Positions 9,998 to 20,925 of a stretch of 64,000 nucleotides of DNA are shown in pieces. Numbering within the stretch: the stretch's first letter is position 1; every line of letters begins with the position of its first letter. Origin of the DNA: an uncultured Anaerolineaceae bacterium (lineage in GTDB: Bacteria; Chloroflexota; Anaerolineae; Anaerolineales; Anaerolineaceae); assembly GCA_937920255.1 (NCBI GenBank), contig CALDSL010000003.1, positions 2,432 to 66,431 on the forward strand, in the 5' to 3' direction. The notes below the pieces were generated by a model. The model was given only the letters and a program-made list of their open reading frames with translations, did no database searches and was not told the DNA's origin. The position numbers and the translations under genes were made by a program.

Positions 9998-10393
9998 ATG
10001 ATCGAAATTCCAGCATCTCATGCGGATTTGGTGTCTGACGATGTAAAAAGTTTTGCGTTCCTGGCGACGGTGATGGCCAACGGCACACCCCAGGTGACAC
10101 CGGTGTGGTTCAACTTTCACGATGGGTACCTGCTGATCAATACCGCGGAGGGCCGCACCAAAGATCGCAACATGCGCGAGCGACCCGACATCGCGGTGTC
10201 GATACCCGACCCGAAGAACATGTACCGCTATCTGCAGATACGCGGGCGCGTGGTGGAAATCACAGGCGAAGGCGCTGTGGAACACATCAACTGGCTTTCG
10301 CAAAAATATTTGGGCAAACCCTACAACCTTCCAGAAGGTCAGAGACGGGTGATCTACCGCGTTGAGCCGAACTGGGTGACCATCAATGGTTAA
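9998..10393 (+). CDS. PPOX-class probable F420-dependent enzyme (pyridoxamine 5'-phosphate oxidase fold)
   Basis: 131 aa. LATVMANGTPQVTPVWF and RNMRERPDIAVSI resemble the PPOX class F420-dependent family, and the gene sits inside the cof gene block. Confidence 0.7.
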   Translation: MIEIPASHADLVSDDVKSFAFLATVMANGTPQVTPVWFNFHDGYLLINTAEGRTKDRNMRERPDIAVSIPDPKNMYRYLQIRGRVVEITGEGAVEHINWLSQKYLGKPYNLPEGQRRVIYRVEPNWVTING

Positions 10394-10408
10394 AACGAGC
10401 GCCTGCAT

Positions 10409-11338
10409 ATGAAAATCACCGCGCTCGCAGGTGGGGTGGGTGGAGCGAAACTGGTGGACGGCCTGGCGCGCTGCCTGCCGGCCGAGGACCTCACCGTAAT
10501 TGTCAACACCGGCGATGATTTTAATCATTTCGGGTTGCGCATCTGCCCCGACCTGGATACGGTATGCTACACGCTGGCCGGCATGGCCAACCCAGCCACG
10601 GGTTGGGGACGCGCCGGCGAAACCTGGAATGTGCTGGAAAGCCTGCGCGCCCTGGACGCTCCGTCCTGGTTCGCGTTGGGCGATGCCGACCTGGGCACGC
10701 ACCTGGAGCGCACGCGCCGGCTGGTGGAGGGCGAAACGCTGTCGCAGGTGACGGCGGCGTTCTGCCGGGCGTGGGGTATCCCTGTGACTGTGCTGCCAAT
10801 GAGTGATGACCGCGTGTCCACCATCGTGCAGACACGCGAAGACGGCGAACTGCCGTTCCAGGATTATTTTGTCCGCCGGCGCTGCGAGCCGGCCGTCATG
10901 GGCTTTCGCTTTGAAGGATTGGAATCGGCGCAGCCAGCCCCGGGTGTGCTGGAAAGCCTGCGCGCGGCGGATGTGATCATCCTGGCGCCATCGAACCCGT
11001 GGGTCAGCATCGGCCCGATCGCGGCGCTGCCGGGGGTGATGGACGCGCTGCGAGCCGGCAAGGTGGTGGCGGTTTCCCCGCTGATTGGCGGGCAGGCAGT
11101 GAAAGGCCCGGCAGCCAGGATGTACCGCGATCTGGGCATCGAGCCCTCCAGCCGCGCGGTGGCGGAACATTACCGCGGCTTTCTGGACGCAATTGTTGTG
11201 GATCACGCCGATCAGCAGCAGGCATCTGATATCGAACAGTGGGGTATAATTTCTATCGTAACCGATATACTTATCCCAGGCACCGAAGAGCGGCAGCGCC
11301 TAGCGAGAGAAATCCTCGCTTATTGTGGATACAGTTAG
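10409..11338 (+). CDS. cofD: 2-phospho-L-lactate transferase
   Basis: MKITALAGGVGGAKLVDGL N-terminus, NTGDD and ILAPSNPWVSIGPI motifs typical of CofD. Confidence 0.9.
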   Translation: MKITALAGGVGGAKLVDGLARCLPAEDLTVIVNTGDDFNHFGLRICPDLDTVCYTLAGMANPATGWGRAGETWNVLESLRALDAPSWFALGDADLGTHLERTRRLVEGETLSQVTAAFCRAWGIPVTVLPMSDDRVSTIVQTREDGELPFQDYFVRRRCEPAVMGFRFEGLESAQPAPGVLESLRAADVIILAPSNPWVSIGPIAALPGVMDALRAGKVVAVSPLIGGQAVKGPAARMYRDLGIEPSSRAVAEHYRGFLDAIVVDHADQQQASDIEQWGIISIVTDILIPGTEERQRLAREILAYCGYS

Positions 11339-11353
11339 GAGGAATAAAGCCGG

Positions 11354-11968
11354 ATGAGCTTGTGGGCGATCATTCCCGTCAAGCCATTACGTAGAGGCAA
11401 ATCCCGTCTTGCCGGTGTCCTGTCTGAAGACGAGCGGGCATTGCTCAACTATACAATGCTATCCAGCACGTTAAAAGTTTTAGCGGAAGTACCCGAGATC
11501 ACCGAGCGGCTGGTTGTCAGCCGCGACCCGGCCGCGCTGGCTCTGGCTCGCGAGTACGGGGCGCGCACGCTACAGGAAGACGGCAGCCCGGGGTTAAACA
11601 CTGCGCTGCGCCGGGCGACCGTAGTCGCGCAGGTGTATTCGGCCGGCGGCGTGCTGATTCTGCCAGCCGACTTGCCGTTAATTTCGCCGGCGGACGTAGC
11701 GGAACTGATCACACACACCAACAAGCCCCCGGTGGTTGTGATTGCGCCTGACCGGCGTAACGATGGCACGAATGCGCTGCTCTGCAGTCCGGCCGGGCTG
11801 ATTGACTATCACTTTGGACCGGGTTCGTTTCACAAACATGTCCAACAGGCGGAAAAATCCGGCGTGCGCGTTGAAGTTTGCACCCTGTTTTCGCTGGGAT
11901 TGGATTTGGATTTACCGGAAGACCTGGATTTATTAAGGCAAATGAGAGCATTACAAATCGATATCTAG
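11354..11968 (+). CDS. cofC: 2-phospho-L-lactate guanylyltransferase
   Basis: 204 aa. [17 protein letters not shown]-terminus and DGTNAL motif typical of CofC. Immediately follows cofD. Confidence 0.8.
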   Translation: MSLWAIIPVKPLRRGKSRLAGVLSEDERALLNYTMLSSTLKVLAEVPEITERLVVSRDPAALALAREYGARTLQEDGSPGLNTALRRATVVAQVYSAGGVLILPADLPLISPADVAELITHTNKPPVVVIAPDRRNDGTNALLCSPAGLIDYHFGPGSFHKHVQQAEKSGVRVEVCTLFSLGLDLDLPEDLDLLRQMRALQIDI

Positions 11969-12005
11969 CCCATCCGTATCACTACGATCATCCTTAGGAG
12001 GACTC

Positions 12006-13000
<995 letters not shown>

Positions 13001-13004
<4 letters not shown>

Positions 13005-13465
13005 TGAAGAAACAGGGAAGCGCCCGGCAGTGCTTTGTTTGTGGCGTGGAAAATCCTTACGGGCTGCACCTGAAGTTCTATGAGAGCGGCCCGGGCGAAA
13101 CCCACGCCGAGATTGTGGTGCCTGAGCGGTATCAGGGCTACCCTGGCATCGTGCATGGCGGCGTGATCGCCGCCATGCTGGACGAGGTCTCCGGGCGCGC
13201 CTTTATAGGAGATAACCCGCCGCGTTTTATGGTCACCGTCAAGCTGTCTGTGCGTTACCGCCGGCCGGTGCCGGTGGAGACTTTGCTGGTGCTCAAAGGG
13301 CACGCGGGTGAAGATAAAGGCCGCGCAGCTTATGCGACAGGCGAAATCTATGACGCGCAGGGCGTACTGCTGGCGGAGGCGGAAACCGTGCTGGCCGATA
13401 TACCCCCCGACGTTGGCGGGATGACCGAACTGGGCGAAGACGATTGGAAAGTTTATCCAGATTGA
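13001..13465 (+). CDS. PaaI-family hotdog thioesterase
   Basis: [17 protein letters not shown] motif. ATGA start/stop overlap with the preceding gene. Confidence 0.75.
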
Positions 13466-13478
13466 GGAGCGCAAAACG

Positions 13479-14264
13479 ATGATTATTGCATATCACCGAC
13501 CAGCTTCAGTGGATGAAGCGCTGGCATTAATAAACCGGACGGAACCGGAAACGCTTCCGCTGGGCGGGGGCACGGTCTTGAGCCGGCCGGGACCGGGGCG
13601 TTATGCCGTGGTGGACTTGCAGTCGCTGGGGCTCAACAAGATCGAACGCCAGGGCGCGACGCTGGTGATCGGCGCGGCCGCGACGCTGCAGGACTTGTAC
13701 GCGCGCGCCGACATTCAGGAAGCGCTACGCGAGGCCATCCGGCGCGAAACGACCTACAACCTGCGGCAAAGCGCGAGCGTGGCAGGGGCGCTGGTCAGCG
13801 CAGATGGCAAATCGCCCTTTGCCGCGGCGATGCTGGCGTTGGGCGCGGTGCTGGTGTGGGCGCCAGACGGGCGCGAAACACCGCTGGCGCAGTATTATGA
13901 CGGCGTTTCCGCCCGCACGCAAGGGCTGATTTTGCGTGTAGCCATCCCCGTGGATGCTGAATTGCGGTATGAAGCTATCGCAAAAACACCGGCGGACGTG
14001 CCGATCCTGTGTGGGGCAGTGGGGCGGCTGGCGAATGGGTTGCAAAACGTGGTGCTGGGCGGAATAGGGGACGCGCCGATGCTGGTGCGCAGCCAAACTG
14101 GAGGTCTGGAAGGCATCGAACTTGCCAACGCGGTCGAGAATGTATTTAGTAATGCGTATAGCCAATATGGTAATCAAAATTCTTCCAATTCTGATTACTT
14201 AAAACCAACCAGCGCGATCTTACTGCGCCGTCTGACCGGCGATCTACCCGGCCGGGCAGGCTAA
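13479..14264 (+). CDS. Xanthine dehydrogenase-family FAD-binding subunit (CoxM/XdhB-like)
   Basis: 261 aa. The PLGGGT FAD-binding motif region and its position directly upstream of the Fe-S/Mo subunit. GAGGAG RBS. Confidence 0.8.
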   Translation: MIIAYHRPASVDEALALINRTEPETLPLGGGTVLSRPGPGRYAVVDLQSLGLNKIERQGATLVIGAAATLQDLYARADIQEALREAIRRETTYNLRQSASVAGALVSADGKSPFAAAMLALGAVLVWAPDGRETPLAQYYDGVSARTQGLILRVAIPVDAELRYEAIAKTPADVPILCGAVGRLANGLQNVVLGGIGDAPMLVRSQTGGLEGIELANAVENVFSNAYSQYGNQNSSNSDYLKPTSAILLRRLTGDLPGRAG

Positions 14265-14266
14265 AG

Positions 14267-17200
14267 GTGAGCACTATGGAAATCAATCGCTTGATCAACG
14301 GTAACCTGCAACGATACACTACTGCGCCGTCTGATACGCTGCTGGCAGTGTTGCGGCGCGAAGGCTTTTTTGGCGCGAAATTTGGCGGCTGCAAAGAAGG
14401 TGAATGCGGCGCATGCGCGGTTCTGCTGGACGGCCGTCCGGTCAATTCGTGCTCGATGCTGGCCGCTCAGGCCGAGGGCCACCGCATCGAGACCATTGAA
14501 GGGATCGGCCAGCACCCCGAACAGGGCTGGAAAAAGACTTCCGGGCTGCATCCCATCCAGCAGGCGTTCGTCGAGACCGGCGCGGTGCAATGTGGATACT
14601 GCACGCCAGCCATGGTGCTGGCCGCCAAATCGCTGCTCGAGCGCGAGCCCAATCCTACCGAAACCCAGGTTCGCGAAGTGCTCTCCGGCGTTCTGTGCCG
14701 CTGTACCGGTTATCTGAAGCCCGTACAGGCAGTGATGCGCGCCGCGGCCTATTTGCGCGGTGAAGCCGTGCCGCCCATCGATGGAAGCATTGAAGCACCA
14801 GAAGGCCTGTTTGGCGAGCCAGGCGGCGGCGATGCGGGCTTACCCAATATTGGAACCCCCTCTGGCGCCGACACGCTCACCCGTGTGATGCCGCGTATCA
14901 GCATCACCCCGCAGGCCGGGGCCTGGACCCAGGTGGGAAAACCCGAGCAGAAAGTCGATGCAGTCAAGCTGGTGCAGGGGAAACCAGCCTTTACCGCCGA
15001 CCTGGATATGCGCGGCATGCTGGTGGCCAAAGTGCTGCACAGCCCGGTGGCACACGCACGCATCAAGCGCATCGACACCACCAAAGCCAAAGCGCTGGAC
15101 GGCGTGGCGGCAGTGCTGACCTACCAGGACATCCCGCGCGTGGTGTATTCCACCGCCGGTCAGTCTGACCCGATCCCCGGGCCGCTGGACAGCTTCTCGC
15201 TGGACAGCAAAGTGCGTTTTGTAGGCGACCGCGTGGCCTTTGTGGCTGCGGAGACTGAGGAAATCGCCTACCAGGCGCTGCAGTTGATCGAAGTTGAATA
15301 CGAAGAGCTGCCGGCCATCATCGACCCGGCCGACGCGATGAAACCCGGCGCGGTACGCATACATGACGAGCCGGAGTACGTGAACTTCGGCGACTCGAAC
15401 CCGGAAAAGAACCTGGCCGCCGAGCTGCGCATCGACATTGGCGATGTGGAAAAGGGCTTTGCCGAGGCTGATTTTATCTTTGAGGGCGACTACGAAGTAC
15501 CCAAAGTGCAGCAGGCGCATATCGAGCCGCATGTGGCCGTGACGTACTGGGATGAAGATGACCGGCTGGTGATCCGCACCAGCACCCAGGTGCCATTCCA
15601 CACCCGCCGCGTGCTGGCGCCTGTGCTGGGCCTACCGATGAAGCGCATCCGTGTCATTAAGCCGCGTATTGGCGGCGGGTTCGGCGGCAAGCAGGAAATT
15701 CTGATGGAAGACGTAGCCGCGCACCTGACCATTGCCACCAGGCGGCCGGTGATCTACGAGTACACACGCGAGGAAGAGTTTATCGCCGCGCGCTCGCGCC
15801 ACCCGATGCGCGTGCACATGAAGACCGGCGTCAAGCGCGACGGTACCATCACTGCCAACGAGATGTACGCGCTGTCGGATACCGGCGCGTATGGCTGCCA
15901 TGCCCTCACCGTTACCGGCAACACCGGCCACAAGTCGATGGCGCTGTACATCGGCGACGGACCGTACCGCGAATCGCCCAATATCCGCTTCTACGCCGAC
16001 GTGGTGTACACCAACACCCCGCCATCCGGCGCATTCCGCGGTTATGGCGTGCCGCAGGGCTATTGGCCGCTCGACCGCCACATGGAAAAGATCGCCCGCG
16101 AGTTGGGGCTGGACCCGCTGGATTTCCGGCTGAAGAATGCCATTCGCCCAGGGGAATACCACCCGTTCAGCAAATCATGGAGCGAAGGCCGCGAACCGCG
16201 CCCGGAGATCATCCATACCGTGGGATTGGAACAGTGCGTCCAGCAGGGTAAAGCCGTGGCCGGGTGGGACCAGAAATTCCATAATCCCGAATGGCGCAGC
16301 GTGCCCGGCAAGCCGCACCTGCGGCGCGGGATCGGCGTGGCGATGGTGATGCAGGGCACAGCCATCCCGTACCTGGATATGGGCGGCGCCAGCATCAAGA
16401 TGAACGACGACGGTTCCTTCAACCTGCTGATTGGAGCGACCGACCTGGGCACCGGCTCGGATACTGTGCTGGGCCAGATGGCGGCCGAAGTGCTGGGCAT
16501 CCCGCTGGAAGACCTGATCGTCTACTCTTCGGATACGGATTTCACCCCGTTTGACAAGGGCGCGTACGCGTCCAGCACCACCTACATTTCCGGAACCGCG
16601 GCGGTACTGGCGGCGCGCAAAGTCGCGGAGCGCATCCGCGTACGCGCGGCGCGCATGCTCAACGAGCGCGGCGGCCCGCAGGTGGAAGCTGACGAGATCG
16701 AGCTGGCCGACCGCAAGGCGATTGCGCCGGATGGGCGTTTTGTGACCCTGGTCGAAGTTGGGCACGACTCGCTGCACCATACTGACCAGGAACAGATCAT
16801 GGGCGTCGCCTCCTACGTGTCGCCGTCATCCCCGCCGCCGTTCGCGGCGCAGTTCGCGGAGGTGACGGTGGACATCGAAACCGGCCAGGTCACCGTGGAC
16901 AAGTTGGTGATGGCCGTTGACGGCGGCGTGATCGTCAACCCGGTGCTGGCTTCGGGCCAGATCGAAGGCGGCATGACCCAGGCTTTGGGTTATGCGGTTT
17001 GCGAAGAAATGCGATATGATGATAAGGGCAACGCGCTGGAACGCGATCTGGTGGATTACCACATCTTCCGCGCGGATGAAATGCCAAAGCTGGAAACGCT
17101 GTTTATCGAAACGTTCGAGCCTACCCATCCGTTTGGGGTCAAGGCCGTGGCGGAAATCCCGATGGATGGCGTGGCGCCGGCAGTAGGCAATGCCATTTTG

Positions 17201-17308
17201 GACGCGTGCGGCGCGCAGGTGGATGTCAATCCCACCACGCCAGACCGGGTCTGGCGCGCGCTGCAATCGGGCAATACCGGCGGATTCACGCGGAAAGAAG
17301 TGCGGTAA
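14267..17308 (+). CDS. Fused [2Fe-2S] and molybdopterin-binding subunit of an XDH/aldehyde oxidase-family hydroxylase
   Basis: 1013 aa. The N-terminus carries the GCKEGECGACAV and CGYCTPAMV/CRCTGY ferredoxin motifs. The rest is a CoxL/XdhA-type Mo-pterin domain (GGGFGGK, AFRGYG, VAEIP). GTG at 14267, or alternatively ATG at 14276. Confidence 0.9.
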   Translation: MSTMEINRLINGNLQRYTTAPSDTLLAVLRREGFFGAKFGGCKEGECGACAVLLDGRPVNSCSMLAAQAEGHRIETIEGIGQHPEQGWKKTSGLHPIQQAFVETGAVQCGYCTPAMVLAAKSLLEREPNPTETQVREVLSGVLCRCTGYLKPVQAVMRAAAYLRGEAVPPIDGSIEAPEGLFGEPGGGDAGLPNIGTPSGADTLTRVMPRISITPQAGAWTQVGKPEQKVDAVKLVQGKPAFTADLDMRGMLVAKVLHSPVAHARIKRIDTTKAKALDGVAAVLTYQDIPRVVYSTAGQSDPIPGPLDSFSLDSKVRFVGDRVAFVAAETEEIAYQALQLIEVEYEELPAIIDPADAMKPGAVRIHDEPEYVNFGDSNPEKNLAAELRIDIGDVEKGFAEADFIFEGDYEVPKVQQAHIEPHVAVTYWDEDDRLVIRTSTQVPFHTRRVLAPVLGLPMKRIRVIKPRIGGGFGGKQEILMEDVAAHLTIATRRPVIYEYTREEEFIAARSRHPMRVHMKTGVKRDGTITANEMYALSDTGAYGCHALTVTGNTGHKSMALYIGDGPYRESPNIRFYADVVYTNTPPSGAFRGYGVPQGYWPLDRHMEKIARELGLDPLDFRLKNAIRPGEYHPFSKSWSEGREPRPEIIHTVGLEQCVQQGKAVAGWDQKFHNPEWRSVPGKPHLRRGIGVAMVMQGTAIPYLDMGGASIKMNDDGSFNLLIGATDLGTGSDTVLGQMAAEVLGIPLEDLIVYSSDTDFTPFDKGAYASSTTYISGTAAVLAARKVAERIRVRAARMLNERGGPQVEADEIELADRKAIAPDGRFVTLVEVGHDSLHHTDQEQIMGVASYVSPSSPPPFAAQFAEVTVDIETGQVTVDKLVMAVDGGVIVNPVLASGQIEGGMTQALGYAVCEEMRYDDKGNALERDLVDYHIFRADEMPKLETLFIETFEPTHPFGVKAVAEIPMDGVAPAVGNAILDACGAQVDVNPTTPDRVWRALQSGNTGGFTRKEVR

Positions 17309-17332
17309 ATTTTTGCGCAGAGAGGCTGAAAG

Positions 17333-18685
17333 TTGAAGATAGCATCCCCGATCTATGTGATTGGACACGTCAACCCGGACACCGATTCGATCGCGTCTGC
17401 CATGGGCTATGCCTGGCTGCTGCGCGAACGCGACGGCGCTGATACCGTAGCGGCGCGTGCGGGCGCGTATAACCCGCAGACGGTCTGGGTGCTCAAATAT
17501 TTGGGCATGGAAGGGCCGATGCTGCTCACCGACGCCTCTCCGCGCTTTGAGTCCGTGATGCGGCGTTACGATACGACCACGCCCGAGCGCCCGCTGCGCG
17601 AAGCCTGGGCAATTTCGGCTCGCACCGGGGGTATCGCCCCAATCCTGAACCCGGACGGTACGCCGTTCGGCCTGGTGACCGGGCGAAGCCTGTTTAACTT
17701 CCTCAGCCATCTGGTTGGACCGCACATCAAGCAGCAAGATCTCAAGCTGAACGATTTTCTGGAGATGCCCTGCAAAGATGCCGCCGATATTAACGTGGCT
17801 CGCTTTCAGGCCTCCACGCGCATTCGCGATGTAATCAACCGCATCCTGCGCGAGGAAGGTGATGAGTTCTGGGTGCTGGACGAAAACGGCTTCTATGCCG
17901 GTATCTGCCGCCAGCGCGACCTGCTCAACCCGCCACGGCTGCGCATCATCATGGTCGATCATAATGAGCCGGGGCAGGCGCTGGGCTCGCTGGAAGAGGC
18001 TGAATTGCTGGAAATTCTTGACCATCACCGCCTGGGCAATCCTTCCACCCACATGCCGATCAAATTCACTGTGGATGTGGTGGGCAGCACCAGCACGCTG
18101 GTGTCGGAGCAGATCGCCGACGCCGGGTTGAGCGCTCCGCCGGCGATTGCCGGGATGTTGCTGGCCGGCCTGCTGTCGGACACGCTGATCCTGACCTCTC
18201 CCACGACGACCAACCGCGACAAAGATGCCGCGGAACGGCTGGGACGCTGGGCTTTCGCGGCTGGGAGCAAGCTCTCGGGCGAGACCATCAAGAGCTTTGG
18301 CGACAAAGTGGTCTCAGCCGGCGCGGGCCTGGCAGCGCGCGCGCCTCGCGAAATCGTCATCACCGATATGAAAATTTACAACGGCGGCGGGTTGCAGTTC
18401 TCGATCTCGCAGGCCGAAGTGAACAACCTGTACGAAGTCAGCGAGCACCTGGAAAAGCTCACCCAGGCCTTGAATGACCTGCGCGTCAGCCGCGGTCTGG
18501 ATTTCTCGATGCTCATGGTGACGGACGTGGTGCGCGGTTCCAGCCGCCTGCTGATTTCAAACCCACCGGCGGTGTTGAGCGATCTTCCATACCCGCCGCA
18601 GAACGACGGAACCCGCCAGGCGGAGGGGGTCGTCTCGCGCAAGAAGCAGCTTTTGCCGGTGGTTCTGGGCTTATTGGAGGCATAA
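17333..18685 (+). CDS. CBS-domain-containing DHH/DHHA2 family II inorganic pyrophosphatase-like protein
   Basis: VIGHVNPDTDSIAS (DHH motif I), MVDHNE, DHHRLG and a DHHA2 C-terminus, with a roughly 120-aa CBS-like insert. TTG start. Confidence 0.75.
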   Translation: MKIASPIYVIGHVNPDTDSIASAMGYAWLLRERDGADTVAARAGAYNPQTVWVLKYLGMEGPMLLTDASPRFESVMRRYDTTTPERPLREAWAISARTGGIAPILNPDGTPFGLVTGRSLFNFLSHLVGPHIKQQDLKLNDFLEMPCKDAADINVARFQASTRIRDVINRILREEGDEFWVLDENGFYAGICRQRDLLNPPRLRIIMVDHNEPGQALGSLEEAELLEILDHHRLGNPSTHMPIKFTVDVVGSTSTLVSEQIADAGLSAPPAIAGMLLAGLLSDTLILTSPTTTNRDKDAAERLGRWAFAAGSKLSGETIKSFGDKVVSAGAGLAARAPREIVITDMKIYNGGGLQFSISQAEVNNLYEVSEHLEKLTQALNDLRVSRGLDFSMLMVTDVVRGSSRLLISNPPAVLSDLPYPPQNDGTRQAEGVVSRKKQLLPVVLGLLEA

Positions 18686-18688
18686 AGG

Positions 18689-19489
18689 ATGGGCCAAGCA
18701 TCCATCATCCAAACCCTGGCCGAACTGGAAGCGAACGGCCGGGCGGGCGTGTTATGCACCATCATCGAGACTAACGGGTCAACGCCGCGGCATGAGGGCA
18801 GCAAGATGCTGGTCTTTGCCGATGGCAGTTTCGTGGGAACCGTCGGCGGCGGCGAGATTGAAAACCGCGTACGCGAGACGGCCATGCAGGCGTTGAAGGA
18901 TGGGAAATCCCGCGTACTCCGGTATAATATGATTGACCCGAGCAGGGGCGATCCCGGTGTATGTGGAGGTACAGTGGAGGTGTTTGTGGAGCCGTTTCTT
19001 CCACAACCGACTCTGGTCGTCGTGGGCGGCGGCCATGTGGGCAAGGCAGTGGCGCACCTGGCGCACTGGCTTGGGTTTCGGGTTGCCGTTTCCGACGACC
19101 GCCCGGAATTCTGCACCCCGGAGGCTAACCCGGATGCGGATATGTTTTACCCGGTGCCGATGGCGGAACTGCCGGCACAAATGCAGATTAATCCCTATAC
19201 CTACTTTGTTCTGACCACGCGCGGGTCGGCGGTGGACGTGGCCGGCCTGCCAGCCTTGCTGGCCAGCGAAGCTCCTTACATCGGCGTGATCGGTTCGCGC
19301 CGGCGCTGGGTGACCACGCGCAAGGCTTTGTTGGATGCCGGCGTACCTGAAGAACAGTTGAAGCGCGTCATATCCCCGATGGGACTGGAGCTCAATGCAG
19401 AAACGCCGGAAGAGATCGCGGTGAGCATCCTGGCAGAAATCATCATGCTGCGCAATGCCGGTACCGGCAAGAGCATGGATATCGAATAA
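18689..19489 (+). CDS. xdhC: XdhC/CoxI family Mo-cofactor insertion chaperone
   Basis: STPRHEGSKML and GTVGGGEIE (XdhC_CoxI) followed by a Rossmann motif VVGGGHVGKA. Confidence 0.85.
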   Translation: MGQASIIQTLAELEANGRAGVLCTIIETNGSTPRHEGSKMLVFADGSFVGTVGGGEIENRVRETAMQALKDGKSRVLRYNMIDPSRGDPGVCGGTVEVFVEPFLPQPTLVVVGGGHVGKAVAHLAHWLGFRVAVSDDRPEFCTPEANPDADMFYPVPMAELPAQMQINPYTYFVLTTRGSAVDVAGLPALLASEAPYIGVIGSRRRWVTTRKALLDAGVPEEQLKRVISPMGLELNAETPEEIAVSILAEIIMLRNAGTGKSMDIE

Positions 19490-19507
19490 CACGGAGGCCG
19501 AATAAAT

Positions 19508-20923
19508 ATGTGGCAGGAATGTATCAGCGCTACCACAGTGGAAGAAGCAGTTCAGGCTCTGGCGCAGACAGGCAGCAACGCGCGCATCATCGCCGGCGGC
19601 ACAGATCTGATCCTGGAGATGGAGCGCGGGGTTCGTCACGGGCTGCAAACGATTATTGACATTTCGCGGGTACATGGACTTGACCAGATTTGCCTGGACG
19701 AGGATGGTACGCTGTATCTGGGGCCGCTGGTGACGCATAACCACTGCGTCCAGTCGCATCTTGTGCGAGAACGCGCCTTCCCTCTGGCGAAAGCCGCCTG
19801 GGAAGTAGGATCGCCACAGATCCGCAACCGCGGCACCATCGCGGGCAATCTGATCACGGCTTCGCCGGCCAATGACACCATCACCCCGCTGATGGCGCTG
19901 GATGCGATTGTGGTGCTGCAATCGGTGCGCGGCAAGCGCAGCGTGCCGCTGAGCGCGTTTTACACCGGCGTTCGGCGTTCGGTGATGGAACCGGATGAAA
20001 TGCTGGTGAACATCTGCATCCCTGGCGCGCAGGCCAACCGGCGCGGTACGTTTATCAAGTATGCGCTGCGGCGCGCGCAGGCCATATCGGTCGTCAATGC
20101 CGCTGTAGTACTGTCTATGAACGGCACAACCGTTGAAAGCGCCGCCATCACGCTGGGCGCCGTCGCGCCGGTGATCATCCATGCTACTGAGGCCGAACCG
20201 TATCTAGTGGGCAAGGAACTGACAGAAGAGGTGATGGAAAAAGCCGGTGAACTGGCAGCCAAATCCGCCCGGCCGATCGACGATGTGCGCGGCAGCGCGG
20301 TGTACCGGCGGGCGATGGTACGCGTGGTGGTGAAGCGCGCGCTGACCGCTCTGGCGCGCGGCGAAGAGCGCGCCGGGTACCCGGACGATCCGGTGCTGCT
20401 ATGGGGCGGCGATTACAATGAGCCCTCGTATTTGCCCAACATTGTGCGCCATGCCGCCAGCGACCCGATTGTGACCCACATCAACGGCAAGGAATACGTG
20501 TTCCACACCGGCCAGGACAAAACCCTGCTGCGTCTGCTGCGCGAAGAAGCCGGCCTGGTGGGAACGAAAGAAGGCTGCGCCGAAGGGGAATGTGGCGCCT
20601 GCACGGTATTCTTGGACGGCGTGGCGGTGATGAGCTGCATGGTCCCCGCGCCGCGCGCGCACGGCGCAGAAATCATCACGGTGGAAGGGCTTTCGGTGAA
20701 TGGCAGCCTGCACCCGGTGCAGGAAGCGTTCATCGAAGAAGGTGCGGTGCAATGCGGTTACTGCACGCCGGGCTTCCTGATGTCAGCGGCCAAACTGCTG
20801 GAAGAAAAACCACAGCCGACCAAAGAAGACATCCAGGCATCGCTCACCGGGAATTTGTGCCGCTGCACCGGCTACTATAAAATTATCCAGGCTGTGGAGC
20901 GAGCCGCCGCGAAAGGGAGCTGA
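19508..20923 (+). CDS. Fused FAD-binding and [2Fe-2S] subunit of a second XDH-family hydroxylase
   Basis: 471 aa. The N-terminus is CoxM-like (IIAGGTDL). The C-terminus carries GCAEGECGACTV, CGYCTPG and CRCTGY. Confidence 0.85.
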   Translation: MWQECISATTVEEAVQALAQTGSNARIIAGGTDLILEMERGVRHGLQTIIDISRVHGLDQICLDEDGTLYLGPLVTHNHCVQSHLVRERAFPLAKAAWEVGSPQIRNRGTIAGNLITASPANDTITPLMALDAIVVLQSVRGKRSVPLSAFYTGVRRSVMEPDEMLVNICIPGAQANRRGTFIKYALRRAQAISVVNAAVVLSMNGTTVESAAITLGAVAPVIIHATEAEPYLVGKELTEEVMEKAGELAAKSARPIDDVRGSAVYRRAMVRVVVKRALTALARGEERAGYPDDPVLLWGGDYNEPSYLPNIVRHAASDPIVTHINGKEYVFHTGQDKTLLRLLREEAGLVGTKEGCAEGECGACTVFLDGVAVMSCMVPAPRAHGAEIITVEGLSVNGSLHPVQEAFIEEGAVQCGYCTPGFLMSAAKLLEEKPQPTKEDIQASLTGNLCRCTGYYKIIQAVERAAAKGS

Positions 20924-20925
20924 TC

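Noticed and set aside
9947-11206. 419-aa ORF antisense to cofD and the PPOX gene
   Set aside because: Arg/His/Gln/Ala-rich, low-complexity composition typical of antisense frames in high-GC DNA. The sense strand carries clear CofD motifs. No RBS.
18779-20182. 467-aa ORF antisense to xdhC and the FAD/Fe-S gene
   Set aside because: It has the same antisense-frame composition (R, H, A, G rich), and the opposite strand has unambiguous XdhC and CoxM/CoxS motifs.
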